From NCBI GenBank assembly GCA_002358955.1, contig DEPV01000026.1, positions 1 through 36,206 on the forward strand: a DNA stretch of 36,206 nt, given 5' to 3'. A program made the position numbers and the translations under genes. Shown here piece after piece: positions 19,111 to 29,223 of the stretch. The notes under the pieces were generated by a model. It was not told the origin of the DNA. It ran no database searches and saw nothing but the letters and a program-made list of their open reading frames with translations. How positions within the stretch are numbered: position 1 is the stretch's first letter; each line of letters begins with the position of its first letter. The DNA comes from Erysipelothrix sp. UBA3383. Lineage in GTDB: Bacteria > Bacillota_I > Bacilli_A > Erysipelotrichales > Erysipelotrichaceae.

Positions 19111-19708
19111 TTTTGTGAATGATGATATTCATGATATTGCACAATCTTTATTAGGTATGATTTTAGTTCATGAAGTGGATGGTATCAAACGCAGTGGTAT
19201 TATTGTTGATACTGAAATATATATGGGTGAAGTGGATGCTGCTTCCCATGCTTACCAAGGAAAAAGAACACGACGCATGGAGGCGATGTTTCAGCTTGGA
19301 GGTAGTTTGTATACCTATACTATGCGAGGTCATGTTCTGCTAAATTTAGTTTGTGGAAAAAAAGATGAAGGGATTGGTGTCATGATCAGGGCTATTGAGC
19401 CTCTTGATGGTCTTGATGCGATGATTGCAGCACGTAACCAAACTGGTCCTAATATTAGCAATGGGCCTGCTAAACTTACTCAAGCTCTAGGAATTACCAT
19501 GGATCTTTACGGATCACACTTGGGTGAATATTTACATCTAGTCCAAAATACGCCCTATCATCCAAAGAATATTTGTGCAACAAGTCGAATTGGCATTCCT
19601 GATAAGGGGGAGTGGACCCATGCACCTCTACGATTTTATGTTAAAGGGAATCCCTACTGCTCTAATATCCCTAGAAAAGACTGGGATGATGATCATGGGT
19701 GGCAGTAA
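19103..19708 (+). CDS. DNA-3-methyladenine glycosylase (AAG/MPG family)
   Basis: 'AQSLLG', 'IVDTEIYMG..DAASHAY', 'VMIRAIEP', 'NGPAKLTQALGI', 'SRIGI', 'PLRFY'. Confidence 0.93.
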   Translation: MIDFVNDDIHDIAQSLLGMILVHEVDGIKRSGIIVDTEIYMGEVDAASHAYQGKRTRRMEAMFQLGGSLYTYTMRGHVLLNLVCGKKDEGIGVMIRAIEPLDGLDAMIAARNQTGPNISNGPAKLTQALGITMDLYGSHLGEYLHLVQNTPYHPKNICATSRIGIPDKGEWTHAPLRFYVKGNPYCSNIPRKDWDDDHGWQ

Positions 19709-19768
19709 TATGCTAGACTCATTCTATATTCACCTTTATAGATGACATCAAAAACAATAATCTAATGC

Positions 19769-19802
19769 AACTCTATACTGATTTCAGGTATAGAGTTTTT
19801 TT
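19769..19802 (+). terminator. Rho-independent terminator
   Basis: Stem AACTCTATAC/GTATAGAGTT followed by a T-run. Confidence 0.8.
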
Positions 19803-19902
19803 ATGTCGATGATTCAATTTAATAAGAAAATATCAAGTCTCTAACAAATTGCATAAATTAAAAAGCAAGTTTAAGTCACTTATAAGTTTATTTTAAAAGA
19901 GG

Positions 19903-19919
19903 TATAAACTGAGTTTATA
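19903..19919. promoter_or_regulatory. Candidate LysR binding site (T-N11-A dyad)
   Basis: Perfect dyad TATAAAC-TGA-GTTTATA, centred about 50 bp upstream of -10 TATGAT (19961-19966); no good -35; LysR gene at the end of the operon. Confidence 0.55.
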
Positions 19920-19978
19920 GCACCAAAAATTATTAATTTAGTTTTGATACTTATATTGACTATGATGTATACAGATGA

Positions 19979-19992
19979 GGTAAGCGCTTACA
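19979..19992. promoter_or_regulatory. cre site (CcpA)
   Basis: GGTAAGCGCTTACA (reverse complement TGTAAGCGCTTACC), a near-perfect cre consensus just downstream of the -10. Confidence 0.75.
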
Positions 19993-20049
19993 CATTTCAT
20001 CAGAAAAAGTCGAGCAAGGACTATAGAGACATGAAAGAGAGGAAACACT

Positions 20050-21159
20050 ATGTCAAAAACAACAAAAGTTTTAGATTTCAAAGCATTATTGGAAGAATCC
20101 AACCAAATTCCTGAGCTGTTCCAGATCATGGATGAAAATGGAAAGATTACAAATAAGGACTATATGCCAGATCTAAGTGATGAGCAAATGGTTGAAATGA
20201 TGGAAATCATGGTTTGGGGTCGAGAATATAATAATCGTGTTAGTATCTTAAGTAAACAAGGAATCATTGGTAACTTACCACCTACTGAAGGACAGGAAGC
20301 AAGTCAGTTGATCAGTCAATATGTATTGCAAGATGGAGACTGGTTACTACCAAGTTATCGTGATGTACCACCATTAATTCGTCATGGACTACCAATGTCT
20401 AAAGCGATGAACTGGTACCAAGGACATACTGATGGGTTCTCCTACAGTAAAGATCTTAAAGCATTCCCACCACAAGTTCTTATTGGAGCACAAATCATTC
20501 AAGCTACAGGAGTTGGAGTAGGCTTAAAGAAAAATAATAAGGCTAATGTTGCACTGACCTATATTGGTGATGGAGGAACATCACAAGGGGACTTCTATGA
20601 GGGAATTAACTTTGCAGGAGTGTATGATGCACCAGTAATCTTTGTAGCACAAAACAATGGGTTTGGAATCTCAGTACCACGTAGTTTCCAAACACGATCA
20701 GCAACACTATCACAAAAAGGTGTAGGTGTTGGTATTGCTCACTTATTTGTTGATGGAATGGATCCATTTGCAGTTTATGCAGCTACTTTAGCAGCGCGTG
20801 AACATGCAATTCATGGAAATGGTCCAGTACTTCTAGAGTTCTTAACATTCCGTTATGGACCACATACTCTAAGTGATGACCCACGTCGTTACCGCGAGAA
20901 TGAGTTGGTAGAAGAGTGGAAACCAAAAGATCAGTTGATTCGAATGAGAAAGTTCTTAACTGAAAAAGGACTATGGTCTGAAGAGAAAGAACAAGCTGTC
21001 ATTGATAAGACACAAGAAGAAGTTAAAAATGCACTTGAGGAATCACGTCAAGTTGAAAAGAATACAGTATCAGGTTACTTAAAGAATATGTATGAGGTTA
21101 TGCCTCCAGCAATTGAAAAACAATATGAAGCTTACAAGAGAAAGGAACAAGATCAATAA
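20050..21159 (+). CDS. pdhA: 2-oxoacid dehydrogenase E1 alpha (PdhA-type)
   Basis: TPP motif '[18 protein letters not shown]...QNN'; '[15 protein letters not shown]'. Confidence 0.9.
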   Translation: MSKTTKVLDFKALLEESNQIPELFQIMDENGKITNKDYMPDLSDEQMVEMMEIMVWGREYNNRVSILSKQGIIGNLPPTEGQEASQLISQYVLQDGDWLLPSYRDVPPLIRHGLPMSKAMNWYQGHTDGFSYSKDLKAFPPQVLIGAQIIQATGVGVGLKKNNKANVALTYIGDGGTSQGDFYEGINFAGVYDAPVIFVAQNNGFGISVPRSFQTRSATLSQKGVGVGIAHLFVDGMDPFAVYAATLAAREHAIHGNGPVLLEFLTFRYGPHTLSDDPRRYRENELVEEWKPKDQLIRMRKFLTEKGLWSEEKEQAVIDKTQEEVKNALEESRQVEKNTVSGYLKNMYEVMPPAIEKQYEAYKRKEQDQ

Positions 21160-22139
21160 TGGCACAATTAAATATGGTTGAGGCAATTACTAATGCACTC
21201 GATGAAATTCTAAAAGAAAGTGAGAAAACACTAATTTTTGGAGAAGATGTTGGGTTAAACGGAGGGGTTTTTAGAGCTACTAACGGGTTACAACAAATTC
21301 ATGGTGATGAACGCGTATTTGATACACCATTAGCTGAATCTGCGATCTTAGGAATGGCAATTGGACTTGCAGTTGAAGGGTTTAGACCGATTCCTGAGAT
21401 TCAGTTCTTTGGATTTATTTCTGAAGCAATTGACTCACTCACCAACCAAATGGCGCGTAGCCGTTTCCGTACTGAAGGAATTATTCCAGCACCCATTACC
21501 ATTCGATCACCTTATGGTGGAGGGGTAGCAACACCTGAGGTACACTCTGATTCCTATGAAGGAATGATTGCACAGATGCCAGGAATTCGAGTTGTAGTAC
21601 CTACCAATGCATACGATGCTAAGGGACTACTAACAGCTTCGATTCGAAGTAATGATCCAGTTGTATTCTTAGAGCACTTAAAACTTTACCGTGGTGCTAA
21701 GATGGAAGTTCCTGAAGGACTGTATGAAGTACCATTAGATAAAGCAGCAATTACAAGAGAAGGTAGCGATGTTACTGTTGTAACTTATGGTTACATGGTA
21801 ATGGAGGCACTAAAAGCTGCAGAAGAACTTGAAAAAGAAGGCATCTCAGTAGAGGTTATTGACCTCCGTACAGTATCACATCCTGACTATGACACCATTG
21901 GTGAGTCGGTAGCGAAAACAGGACGTGTTGTTGTACTTCAAGAAGCACAACGTCAAGCAGGAGTATCTGCAAATGTTGTTGCAGAGATTTCAGAACAATT
22001 CTTCTTAGATTTACTAGCACCTGTAACACGTGTCACAGCACCAGATACTACCTATCCACTACCAGCTGCAGAGTCCATCTGGTTACCAAACAGTAATGAT
22101 TTAATTGAAGCGATTCGTAAAGTGAAGGAGGGCTACTAG
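21159..22139 (+). CDS. pdhB: 2-oxoacid dehydrogenase E1 beta
   Basis: '[15 protein letters not shown]', 'DTPLAES', 'PEIQFFGF', 'TPEVHSDS'. Confidence 0.9.
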   Translation: MAQLNMVEAITNALDEILKESEKTLIFGEDVGLNGGVFRATNGLQQIHGDERVFDTPLAESAILGMAIGLAVEGFRPIPEIQFFGFISEAIDSLTNQMARSRFRTEGIIPAPITIRSPYGGGVATPEVHSDSYEGMIAQMPGIRVVVPTNAYDAKGLLTASIRSNDPVVFLEHLKLYRGAKMEVPEGLYEVPLDKAAITREGSDVTVVTYGYMVMEALKAAEELEKEGISVEVIDLRTVSHPDYDTIGESVAKTGRVVVLQEAQRQAGVSANVVAEISEQFFLDLLAPVTRVTAPDTTYPLPAAESIWLPNSNDLIEAIRKVKEGY

Positions 22140-23429
22140 ATGTTATATAAATTCGTATTGCCTGACTTAGGAGAAGGAATTACAGAAAGTGAGATTGTAT
22201 CTTGGGCTGTTAAAGAAGGGGATACCATCAAACAAGATGATCCACTCTTTGAAGTTCAAAATGATAAAACTACAATTGAGGTACCATCACCTGTTCATGG
22301 TGTGGTTAAAAAGACTCATGTTGAGGCAGGGGTTGTAGCTCAGGTTGGCGACTTAATTGTTGAGATTGATGTTGATGAAGCATGGGCTCAAAAAGTTAAC
22401 TTTAAGCTTGATAATACAACATCACCACTTGAAGAAGAAACACCAGTTGTCGAAGAAGTTAAAGTTGAAACTCCCGTAGAAACAAACACCCCATCTGATG
22501 TTAAAAAGGCTGTTAAAGCGATTCCATCCGTACGACGTTATGCACGTCAGCAAAATGTGGATATTGTACTGGTTACAGGTACGGGTAAAAATAATACCGT
22601 AACACGTGATGATATTGATGCGTATCTACAGGGTGATGTTGCAGTACCTACACAAGTGATTGAAGCATTTGAAACACCCGTACAAGAGCCGGTTAAAGTT
22701 GCTCCTGTAATTGATACACAAGGGTACAAGCGTGTCCCTATGACACCAATGCGTAAGGCTACCATGAATGCAATGGTAAAATCAGCTTCAACCATTCCTT
22801 CAGTAACCGTCTTTGCACAATTGAATGCAGAAAAACTGGTAGAACACCGTGATCTGTATAAAGAGTATGCAAAAGAGCAAGGCTATAGTTTAACGTATAC
22901 TGCATACTTTGTTAAAGCAGCAGCATCAATGGTTAAAAAATTCCCTATCTTCAATGCATTTATTGATGAGAAAACAAATGAGATTGTATACCGTAATAAT
23001 ATTAACATTGGTGTTGCAACCAATACTGAAGAGGGACTGTATGTTCCTAACATTAAGAATGCAGATACTAAGAACTTGTTTGAGATTTCCGAGGAAATAC
23101 GTGCTAATGCCATAGCAGCAAGTGAGGGTAAACTGGACATGAATTCAATGCGTGAGGGATCATTTACAATCACTAACGTAGGTGGAATGTCTAAGGATGC
23201 TGTCTATTCAACACCAATCATCAATCATCCAGAAGTGGGTATCTTAGGGACATCACGCATCGAAGATGAAGCAATCGTTGATAAGAATAGAGAAATTCAA
23301 ATTGTACCAATGATGAAACTATCATTCGCATTTGATCACCGTATTATTGATGGTGTCGAAGCACAACAAGCATTGGACGAATTACGATCATTACTAGCAG
23401 ATCCTAATAAATTCGTCCTAGAAGGGTAG
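22140..23429 (+). CDS. pdhC: Dihydrolipoamide acyltransferase E2
   Basis: Lipoyl site 'EVQNDK', subunit-binding domain '[10 protein letters not shown]', catalytic 'FDHRIIDG'. Confidence 0.9.
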   Translation: MLYKFVLPDLGEGITESEIVSWAVKEGDTIKQDDPLFEVQNDKTTIEVPSPVHGVVKKTHVEAGVVAQVGDLIVEIDVDEAWAQKVNFKLDNTTSPLEEETPVVEEVKVETPVETNTPSDVKKAVKAIPSVRRYARQQNVDIVLVTGTGKNNTVTRDDIDAYLQGDVAVPTQVIEAFETPVQEPVKVAPVIDTQGYKRVPMTPMRKATMNAMVKSASTIPSVTVFAQLNAEKLVEHRDLYKEYAKEQGYSLTYTAYFVKAAASMVKKFPIFNAFIDEKTNEIVYRNNINIGVATNTEEGLYVPNIKNADTKNLFEISEEIRANAIAASEGKLDMNSMREGSFTITNVGGMSKDAVYSTPIINHPEVGILGTSRIEDEAIVDKNREIQIVPMMKLSFAFDHRIIDGVEAQQALDELRSLLADPNKFVLEG

Positions 23430-23435
23430 GCAAAT

Positions 23436-24824
23436 ATGGTTGTAGGAGATTTTTCAATCCATGCAGAAACAATGGTTATTGGTTGTGGACCCGGTGGTTA
23501 TGTAGCGGCGATACGTGCTGCTCAACTGGGCCAGGATGTCACTTTAGTTGAGCGTGATACTTTAGGAGGGGTGTGTCTGAATGTCGGATGCATCCCATCC
23601 AAAGCGCTCATTGGTGTCAGTCAAGAGTACTATCAAGCAAAGCAAAACAATCATAATGGGATTGCTTATAAAGATGTCACCATTGATATGAAAGAAACCC
23701 AAGTATGGAAAACCAATTCAGTTGTTAATGCCCTAACTTCAGGTATTGGAGCATTATTGAAAAAGAATAAAGTTAAAGTTGTATATGGTGAAGCACTCTT
23801 TACCGGAAGCAATCGACTTCGAGTGATTAATGGTGATGAAGGGGAAACATACACCTTTAAAAATGTCATTGTTGCTACAGGAAGTCGTCCGATTGAAATT
23901 CCAAACTTTAAGTTTGAAGGACGAGTCCTTGATTCAACAGGAGCACTTGCACTTGATCATGTTCCAAAATCTATGGTTATTGTAGGTGGGGGATACATTG
24001 GTAGTGAGTTAGCAGGAGTTTATGCAAACCTTGGTACTAAGATTACAATCTTAGAAGGCTCTGATAGCATCCTGCCTACCTTCAGCCGTGATCTTGTTAA
24101 AGAAGTTGAAAACAACTTCAAGACTAAAGGTGTTGAAATCATCACTGGAGTCAATGCAAGTAATGTTACCCAAAGTGATAAGGGTGTTGAAGTTGTATAC
24201 AATGATACATCCATCAAAGCAGACTATGTTTTAGTGACTGTAGGTAGAAGACCCAATACCGATAACATGGGACTTGAATATGCAGGTGTTAAACTTGATG
24301 AGAGAGGCCTTATTATCGTTGATGATCAAGGACAAAGTAATGTTAAAGGGATCTATGCGATTGGTGATGTTACAGCAGGGCTTCAACTTGCACATAAAGC
24401 AAGTTATGAAGGTAAGGTTGTTGCAGAGTCAATCAGTGGTCATGCCGTAGGATTTGACTATACTGTCATTCCTGCAGTAAGCTTTACAGATCCTGAAATT
24501 GCAGTTGTCGGTATAACATTAAAAGAAGCTCAAGAACACAATGCTAAAGCTTATACATTCCCACTTCAAGCAAACGGTAGAGCACTATCCATGAACAATA
24601 CTCAAGGATTTGTACGTCTGCTTGTTGAGAATGAAAGTAAAGCAATATTAGGAGCAGAGATGGTTGGTGCACATGCAAGTGAGCTGATTGCTGAAGTTAC
24701 TATGGCAATTGAAGCCCAATTAACGGTTGAAGACATCAGTCTAATCATTCATGCTCATCCAACGCTTTCTGAATCCATCATGGATGCTTCAGAACTTGCA
24801 TTGGGTCTACCAATTCATATTTAA
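23436..24824 (+). CDS. lpdA: Dihydrolipoyl dehydrogenase E3
   Basis: 'GPGGYVAAIRAAQLG', redox 'CLNVGC', 'GGGYIG', 'HAHPTLSE'. Confidence 0.95.
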   Translation: MVVGDFSIHAETMVIGCGPGGYVAAIRAAQLGQDVTLVERDTLGGVCLNVGCIPSKALIGVSQEYYQAKQNNHNGIAYKDVTIDMKETQVWKTNSVVNALTSGIGALLKKNKVKVVYGEALFTGSNRLRVINGDEGETYTFKNVIVATGSRPIEIPNFKFEGRVLDSTGALALDHVPKSMVIVGGGYIGSELAGVYANLGTKITILEGSDSILPTFSRDLVKEVENNFKTKGVEIITGVNASNVTQSDKGVEVVYNDTSIKADYVLVTVGRRPNTDNMGLEYAGVKLDERGLIIVDDQGQSNVKGIYAIGDVTAGLQLAHKASYEGKVVAESISGHAVGFDYTVIPAVSFTDPEIAVVGITLKEAQEHNAKAYTFPLQANGRALSMNNTQGFVRLLVENESKAILGAEMVGAHASELIAEVTMAIEAQLTVEDISLIIHAHPTLSESIMDASELALGLPIHI

Positions 24825-24835
24825 GGAGAAGACAA

Positions 24836-25891
24836 ATGAGTAAAAAACCACTATTTGAAAAAGGCTTTGGTATGAAGGTACTTAATGGGGTTGCAGTTGG
24901 ATCCGTTGTAGTACTGATACCTGGAGCTTTATTGAATGAATTATTTAAAGCATTATTACCCGTATTTCCACAGGGTCAGTTTGTATTGAATGCAACTGCT
25001 CTTTCAATGACGCTGATGGCGGCTATTGTAGGGGTTGCAATATCCATGCAATTTAAATTTACACCGATTGAGACCGCATCTGTAGCAATGGCTGCAGTGA
25101 TGGGATCAGGGGGTTGGGCATTTGCTGAAGGGGGAGGATTTCTATTCCAAGGAAGTGGGGATATTATCAATATGTCCATTACCGCAGCACTAGCAGCTGC
25201 CATGATCATCATCATTGCAGGACGTTTTAAAGCCTATACACTGCTTTTAACACCATCTATTGTATTGATTGTAGCAGGGGGAGTGGGATTGTTTACACTG
25301 CCTTATGTTCAACAAGTAACCGGACTGATTGCAAGTGGTATTGGATCTTTACTGGATTTCCAGCCGCTGATCATGTCAATCTTAATGGCGGTTATATTTG
25401 GAGCCATGATTGTAACACCAATGTCTACTGTAGGAATTGCACTTGCTATTAACTTAGGGGGTGTAGGATCTGCAGCTGCAAACGTAGGGATCTGTGCTGC
25501 TGCATTTGGACTTGCTATTACAGGGTGGAAAGCAAACTCTGTAGGAACCAGTATTGCACTGATGGCCGGATCTCCAAAAATGGCGATGGCTAATGTGTTT
25601 AAGAAACCTAAAATCATGATTCCGATTCTATGTAATGCTGCAGTATCAGGCGTCTTTGTTGCACTATTGGGACAACAAGGAACACCAATGTCAGCAGGAT
25701 TTGGGATTTCAGGACTCATTGGTCCAATTAACTCCATTAACTTATCAGGTGGATGGACACTGTTAAATGTTCTTAAAGCAGGAAGTGCATTCATCCTGAT
25801 TCCTGTAGTATTAGCTTTAGTGTTCCGTTATGTCTTTACTAAAGTAGTTCCTTTAGTAAGCTCGGATGATTATCGAATCGAGGTGCAATAA
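24836..25891 (+). CDS. PTS EIIC-like (PTS_EIIC_2/PfoR-type) membrane protein, probable substrate permease
   Basis: 'KVLNGVAVG', 'GSGDIIN', 'TPMSTVGIA', 'GTPMSAGFGISGLIGPI'; no EIIA/EIIB genes nearby. Confidence 0.75.
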   Translation: MSKKPLFEKGFGMKVLNGVAVGSVVVLIPGALLNELFKALLPVFPQGQFVLNATALSMTLMAAIVGVAISMQFKFTPIETASVAMAAVMGSGGWAFAEGGGFLFQGSGDIINMSITAALAAAMIIIIAGRFKAYTLLLTPSIVLIVAGGVGLFTLPYVQQVTGLIASGIGSLLDFQPLIMSILMAVIFGAMIVTPMSTVGIALAINLGGVGSAAANVGICAAAFGLAITGWKANSVGTSIALMAGSPKMAMANVFKKPKIMIPILCNAAVSGVFVALLGQQGTPMSAGFGISGLIGPINSINLSGGWTLLNVLKAGSAFILIPVVLALVFRYVFTKVVPLVSSDDYRIEVQ

Positions 25892-26781
25892 TGTATAAAA
25901 ACTTTGTTGAACTGGAGTCTGTCTTAGTGCGTAATAAATTACGCACTAAGACATTGGCTTTAGTCTGTGCCCATGAAGAAACGGCTTTAAAAGCGGTGAT
26001 TGAAGTTGCTAATCGTAATTACATTAGTCCACTCCTTATTGGACGTGAAGATGAGATTTTAAAGCTGCTTGATGGTGATACAAGTTACCCCATTATCAAT
26101 GCTGATACGGATCAAGAAGCTGCTTTTATCGCAGTTGAGCAAGTCCGTTTAGGGCGTGTTGATATCATCATGAAAGGGCACTTACAAACCAGTGATTTAT
26201 TACGTGAAGTGGTCAAACGTGATACTGGAATCCGTCAAAGTGATGTATTGTCTCATATTGCACTGATTGAAAGTCCATTTCTAGATACCATGTTTATGGT
26301 TAGTGATGGGGGTATGTTACCTTATCCTACTTTAGAGCAAAAACAAGGGATCATTCAAAACACCTTGAATGTTGCACAATCATTGAACATTGAACAACCG
26401 AAGGTAGCACTTTTAGATGCTGCTGAACATGTTAACAAGCACATTCCAAGTTCCTTAGATTCAGAAAAACTATCACAGCAAAACTGGAATGATGCTATTG
26501 TTGAAGGACCCATCTCCATTGATTTAGCACTTTCTTCAGAAGCTGTTAAAAGTAAAGGATACCAAGGTCGCATTCAAGGGGATGCTGATATTTTAATTGT
26601 TCCTGATATTATTTCAGGTAATATTCTGGGTAAGGTTGGAACCATCCTTGCACCAGGTAAAATGGCAGGAATCATTGAAGGGGCAAGTGTTCCCATCGTA
26701 TTAACTTCACGAGGCTCAAGTCTTGATGAGAAAATTAATTCCATGTTACTAGCATGCTTTATTGCAGAGAAGGAGGCCTAA
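25891..26781 (+). CDS. ptb: Phosphate acyltransferase (phosphate butyryltransferase)
   Basis: 'MKGHLQTSDLLR', 'SDGGM..YPTLEQK', 'GDADILIVPDI.SGNILGK', 'VPIVLTSR'. Confidence 0.9.
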   Translation: MYKNFVELESVLVRNKLRTKTLALVCAHEETALKAVIEVANRNYISPLLIGREDEILKLLDGDTSYPIINADTDQEAAFIAVEQVRLGRVDIIMKGHLQTSDLLREVVKRDTGIRQSDVLSHIALIESPFLDTMFMVSDGGMLPYPTLEQKQGIIQNTLNVAQSLNIEQPKVALLDAAEHVNKHIPSSLDSEKLSQQNWNDAIVEGPISIDLALSSEAVKSKGYQGRIQGDADILIVPDIISGNILGKVGTILAPGKMAGIIEGASVPIVLTSRGSSLDEKINSMLLACFIAEKEA

Positions 26782-26782
26782 G

Positions 26783-27847
26783 ATGGCACTTATATTCAGT
26801 TTAAATCCAGGTGCTACTTCGACTAAATGCGCCCTTTATCAAAATGATAAAGAGTTGTTTCGCGATGAAGTGAGGCATGATCGTAAAGATCTGGACAAGT
26901 TTAAAACACTGAAAGATCAGCTTCCAATGCGCTTTGATGCCATGATTGATGCATTGGTATCAAGGGGCTATAAAGTAGAGGATCTTGATGTTGTGGTTGC
27001 ACGTGGTGGTATTTTACCACCTGTTGATGCAGGTGCCATACTGGTTAAAGATGAAATGGTAGATTACCTATTGAATAAGTCGACAGTATCACACCCCGCC
27101 AACCTAGCAGCTGCAATGGCTCTTGAAATTGTGAAAAAGAATGGTCATGGTATTGCTTATGTCTATGATCCTATTTCAGTGGATCAGCTTAAGCCAGTAG
27201 CACGCATCAGTGGCTTAAAGGATTATGATCGAGGCAGTACAGGACACATGCTCAACTCCAGAGCTGCGGCCTTACAATATGCTCATGACAATCGTTTAGC
27301 ATACGATTCACTCAATTTAATTGTAGTGCATGCTGGAACGGGAATTACTGTAACAGCACATGAAAAAGGTCGTATGATAGATATTGTAGGAGATGATGAG
27401 GGAGCATTTTCACCAGAGCGTACCGGTGGATTACCCCTACGCGCTTTTACGAAACTGTGCTATACTAAAACTGAAGAAGAAGTGGTAAAAATGACACGTC
27501 ATCATGGGGGATTGATGTCTTATTTTGATACCAATGATGTTCGAGAAGTAGAAAGCTTAATACCAGAAAATCCTGATGCTACAGTCATCCTTGAAGCCAT
27601 GGCTTATCAGATTGCTAAAAGCATTGGTCAAATGGCAACAGTACTCAAGGGTCAGGTTGATGGTATTGTGATTAGTGGTGGATTTGCACGTTCGCAAATG
27701 ATTATGGAGTGGGTCATAGAGCGCGTTCAATTTATTTCTGATGTGACGCTATACCCTGGAGAATTTGAGTTAGAAGCCCTATCATTAGGGGGCTATCGCG
27801 CTTATTTAGGACAGGAACCGGTTCAAACAATCATTTTTGACGATTAA
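26783..27847 (+). CDS. buk: Butyrate/branched-chain acyl kinase
   Basis: 'LNPGATSTK', 'RGG', 'GAFSPERTG', 'YPGEFELEAL'; ATG 26783 after AGGAGG. Confidence 0.92.
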   Translation: MALIFSLNPGATSTKCALYQNDKELFRDEVRHDRKDLDKFKTLKDQLPMRFDAMIDALVSRGYKVEDLDVVVARGGILPPVDAGAILVKDEMVDYLLNKSTVSHPANLAAAMALEIVKKNGHGIAYVYDPISVDQLKPVARISGLKDYDRGSTGHMLNSRAAALQYAHDNRLAYDSLNLIVVHAGTGITVTAHEKGRMIDIVGDDEGAFSPERTGGLPLRAFTKLCYTKTEEEVVKMTRHHGGLMSYFDTNDVREVESLIPENPDATVILEAMAYQIAKSIGQMATVLKGQVDGIVISGGFARSQMIMEWVIERVQFISDVTLYPGEFELEALSLGGYRAYLGQEPVQTIIFDD

Positions 27848-27874
27848 TCTAGACTTGTTAATAAAGGAGATCTC

Positions 27875-28783
27875 ATGAATCTTAAGAAACTGGATTATTT
27901 TGTTACTTTAGTCGATGCTGGTAACTTTTCCCATGCCGCAGAACAGCTGTACATTACCCAACCTGCACTCAGTTGGAATATTAAGGATTTAGAAAGCAGT
28001 TTAAAAACTGAACTTTTAGTGCGCTCTGCAAGTGGTATTGAACTGACTGAAACAGGAAGTATTCTTTATGATGGTGCTAAATCTTTACTTGAAAAAGCAG
28101 CCCAACTGGAGCGTTCCATAGCCATAGCACAACATCACTCCAAACGTAAAGTAAGGCTGGGTATGACCATATTATCATCCATTGAATACATGGACATCTT
28201 CCAATATTTTGCCAGTCAATACGAAGAATATCAACTTGATTTTGTACAACGAGGGTCTAAAGAAATTCAAGACATGCTTGCTAAGGGTCAACTTGATATT
28301 GGTATTGTATCAGAACCCATTTACTATCCCAGTTTAGAAAACACACGTCGAAAACTGGATGATTATTACTATGAGGTCGCTGTTGTTGTATCCAAAGACA
28401 ATCCATTATCCACAGAAAAGTCCATCACTTTTGATATGGTAAAAGAAGAGAAACTTTGCTTGATGACAACCGGTTTCGCCATGGGCAATGAGGTTGAAAA
28501 AAGAATGTTAGATCTGGGTATTGTACCCAATGTTGTCTTTCGAAATGAGAACTGGGAAGTCTTGGTGGAACATGTTTCTTCCTACCACTCAGTAACTTTT
28601 CTACCCATTGGTATTAAAGACTTATTGACGCGTGATGATCTGGTATGGATCCCGCTTGTCGATGATAAGGTTGCTCGATTTAATTTATCGCTGATATCCA
28701 ATTTAGAAAATAAGAATCCATCCGATACTCTCTTATTGAATCGATTCTATGAGGTCTTAACCAGTACAAGTAAATCTAGATAA
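27875..28783 (+). CDS. LysR family transcriptional regulator
   Basis: 'GNFSHAAEQLYITQPALSWNIKDLE', 'ELTETG', substrate-binding domain. Confidence 0.95.
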   Translation: MNLKKLDYFVTLVDAGNFSHAAEQLYITQPALSWNIKDLESSLKTELLVRSASGIELTETGSILYDGAKSLLEKAAQLERSIAIAQHHSKRKVRLGMTILSSIEYMDIFQYFASQYEEYQLDFVQRGSKEIQDMLAKGQLDIGIVSEPIYYPSLENTRRKLDDYYYEVAVVVSKDNPLSTEKSITFDMVKEEKLCLMTTGFAMGNEVEKRMLDLGIVPNVVFRNENWEVLVEHVSSYHSVTFLPIGIKDLLTRDDLVWIPLVDDKVARFNLSLISNLENKNPSDTLLLNRFYEVLTSTSKSR

Positions 28784-28786
28784 GTT

Positions 28787-28850
28787 CAAAAAAACCAAGC
28801 AATTGGTTTTTTTGTTATATAAAGGCATGAGGCTTTCATGTCTTTTTTCT
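28787..28850 (+). terminator. Two tandem Rho-independent terminators
   Basis: CAAAAAAACCAA/TTGGTTTTTTTG (28787-28814) and AAAGGCATGA/TCATGTCTTT plus T-run (28821-28850). Confidence 0.75.
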
Positions 28851-29143
28851 TGTTATTGCTAAACAATCAGGAAATCTTACAAGGTCTATGTTCAAATATC
28901 ATCAAGGATAAGCCTTATGAAATTCTTACTAACCGGCAATAAGACTCATTTTGTTGATGGTATATAAAGTTTTTAATATTTATTATGAATTTATTTATCA
29001 CATTTTTACATCTAATATTAAGCAAAGTATGATTTTAGGAAACTGTAAGGAAAACAAATGAACACGAAGTCTTTGAATGAAAATTTTTAATAGAGTCAGA
29101 ATTCCCATACTGAGTCAGTATTAAAATGGTGAAAATTTAGCGA

Positions 29144-29157
29144 TGTAAACGTTTGCA
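29144..29157. promoter_or_regulatory. cre/LacI-family operator 1 upstream of the pullulanase
   Basis: TGTAAACGTTTGCA, downstream of -10 TAAAAT at 29122-29127. Confidence 0.7.
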
Positions 29158-29197
29158 AGTCTTAAAATAATTTGTTAGGATGAATTCGCTAGCTTAT

Positions 29198-29211
29198 TGA
29201 AAACGTTTTCT
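29198..29211. promoter_or_regulatory. cre/LacI-family operator 2, adjacent to the RBS
   Basis: TGAAAACGTTTTCT directly before GAGGAG. Confidence 0.7.
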
Positions 29212-29223
29212 AGAGGAGACACA

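Noticed and set aside
25309..25794. 161 aa antisense ORF, plus similar antisense or nested ORFs (e.g. 32214-32648, 22883-23173, 7145-7402, 10943-11212)
   Set aside because: They lie within well-supported genes, show no motifs, and are explained by codon-bias shadows.
28851..29090. Possible small RNA or gene remnant in this gap (also 6655-6825)
   Set aside because: No recognisable RNA family motif, convincing structure or protein similarity by eye.
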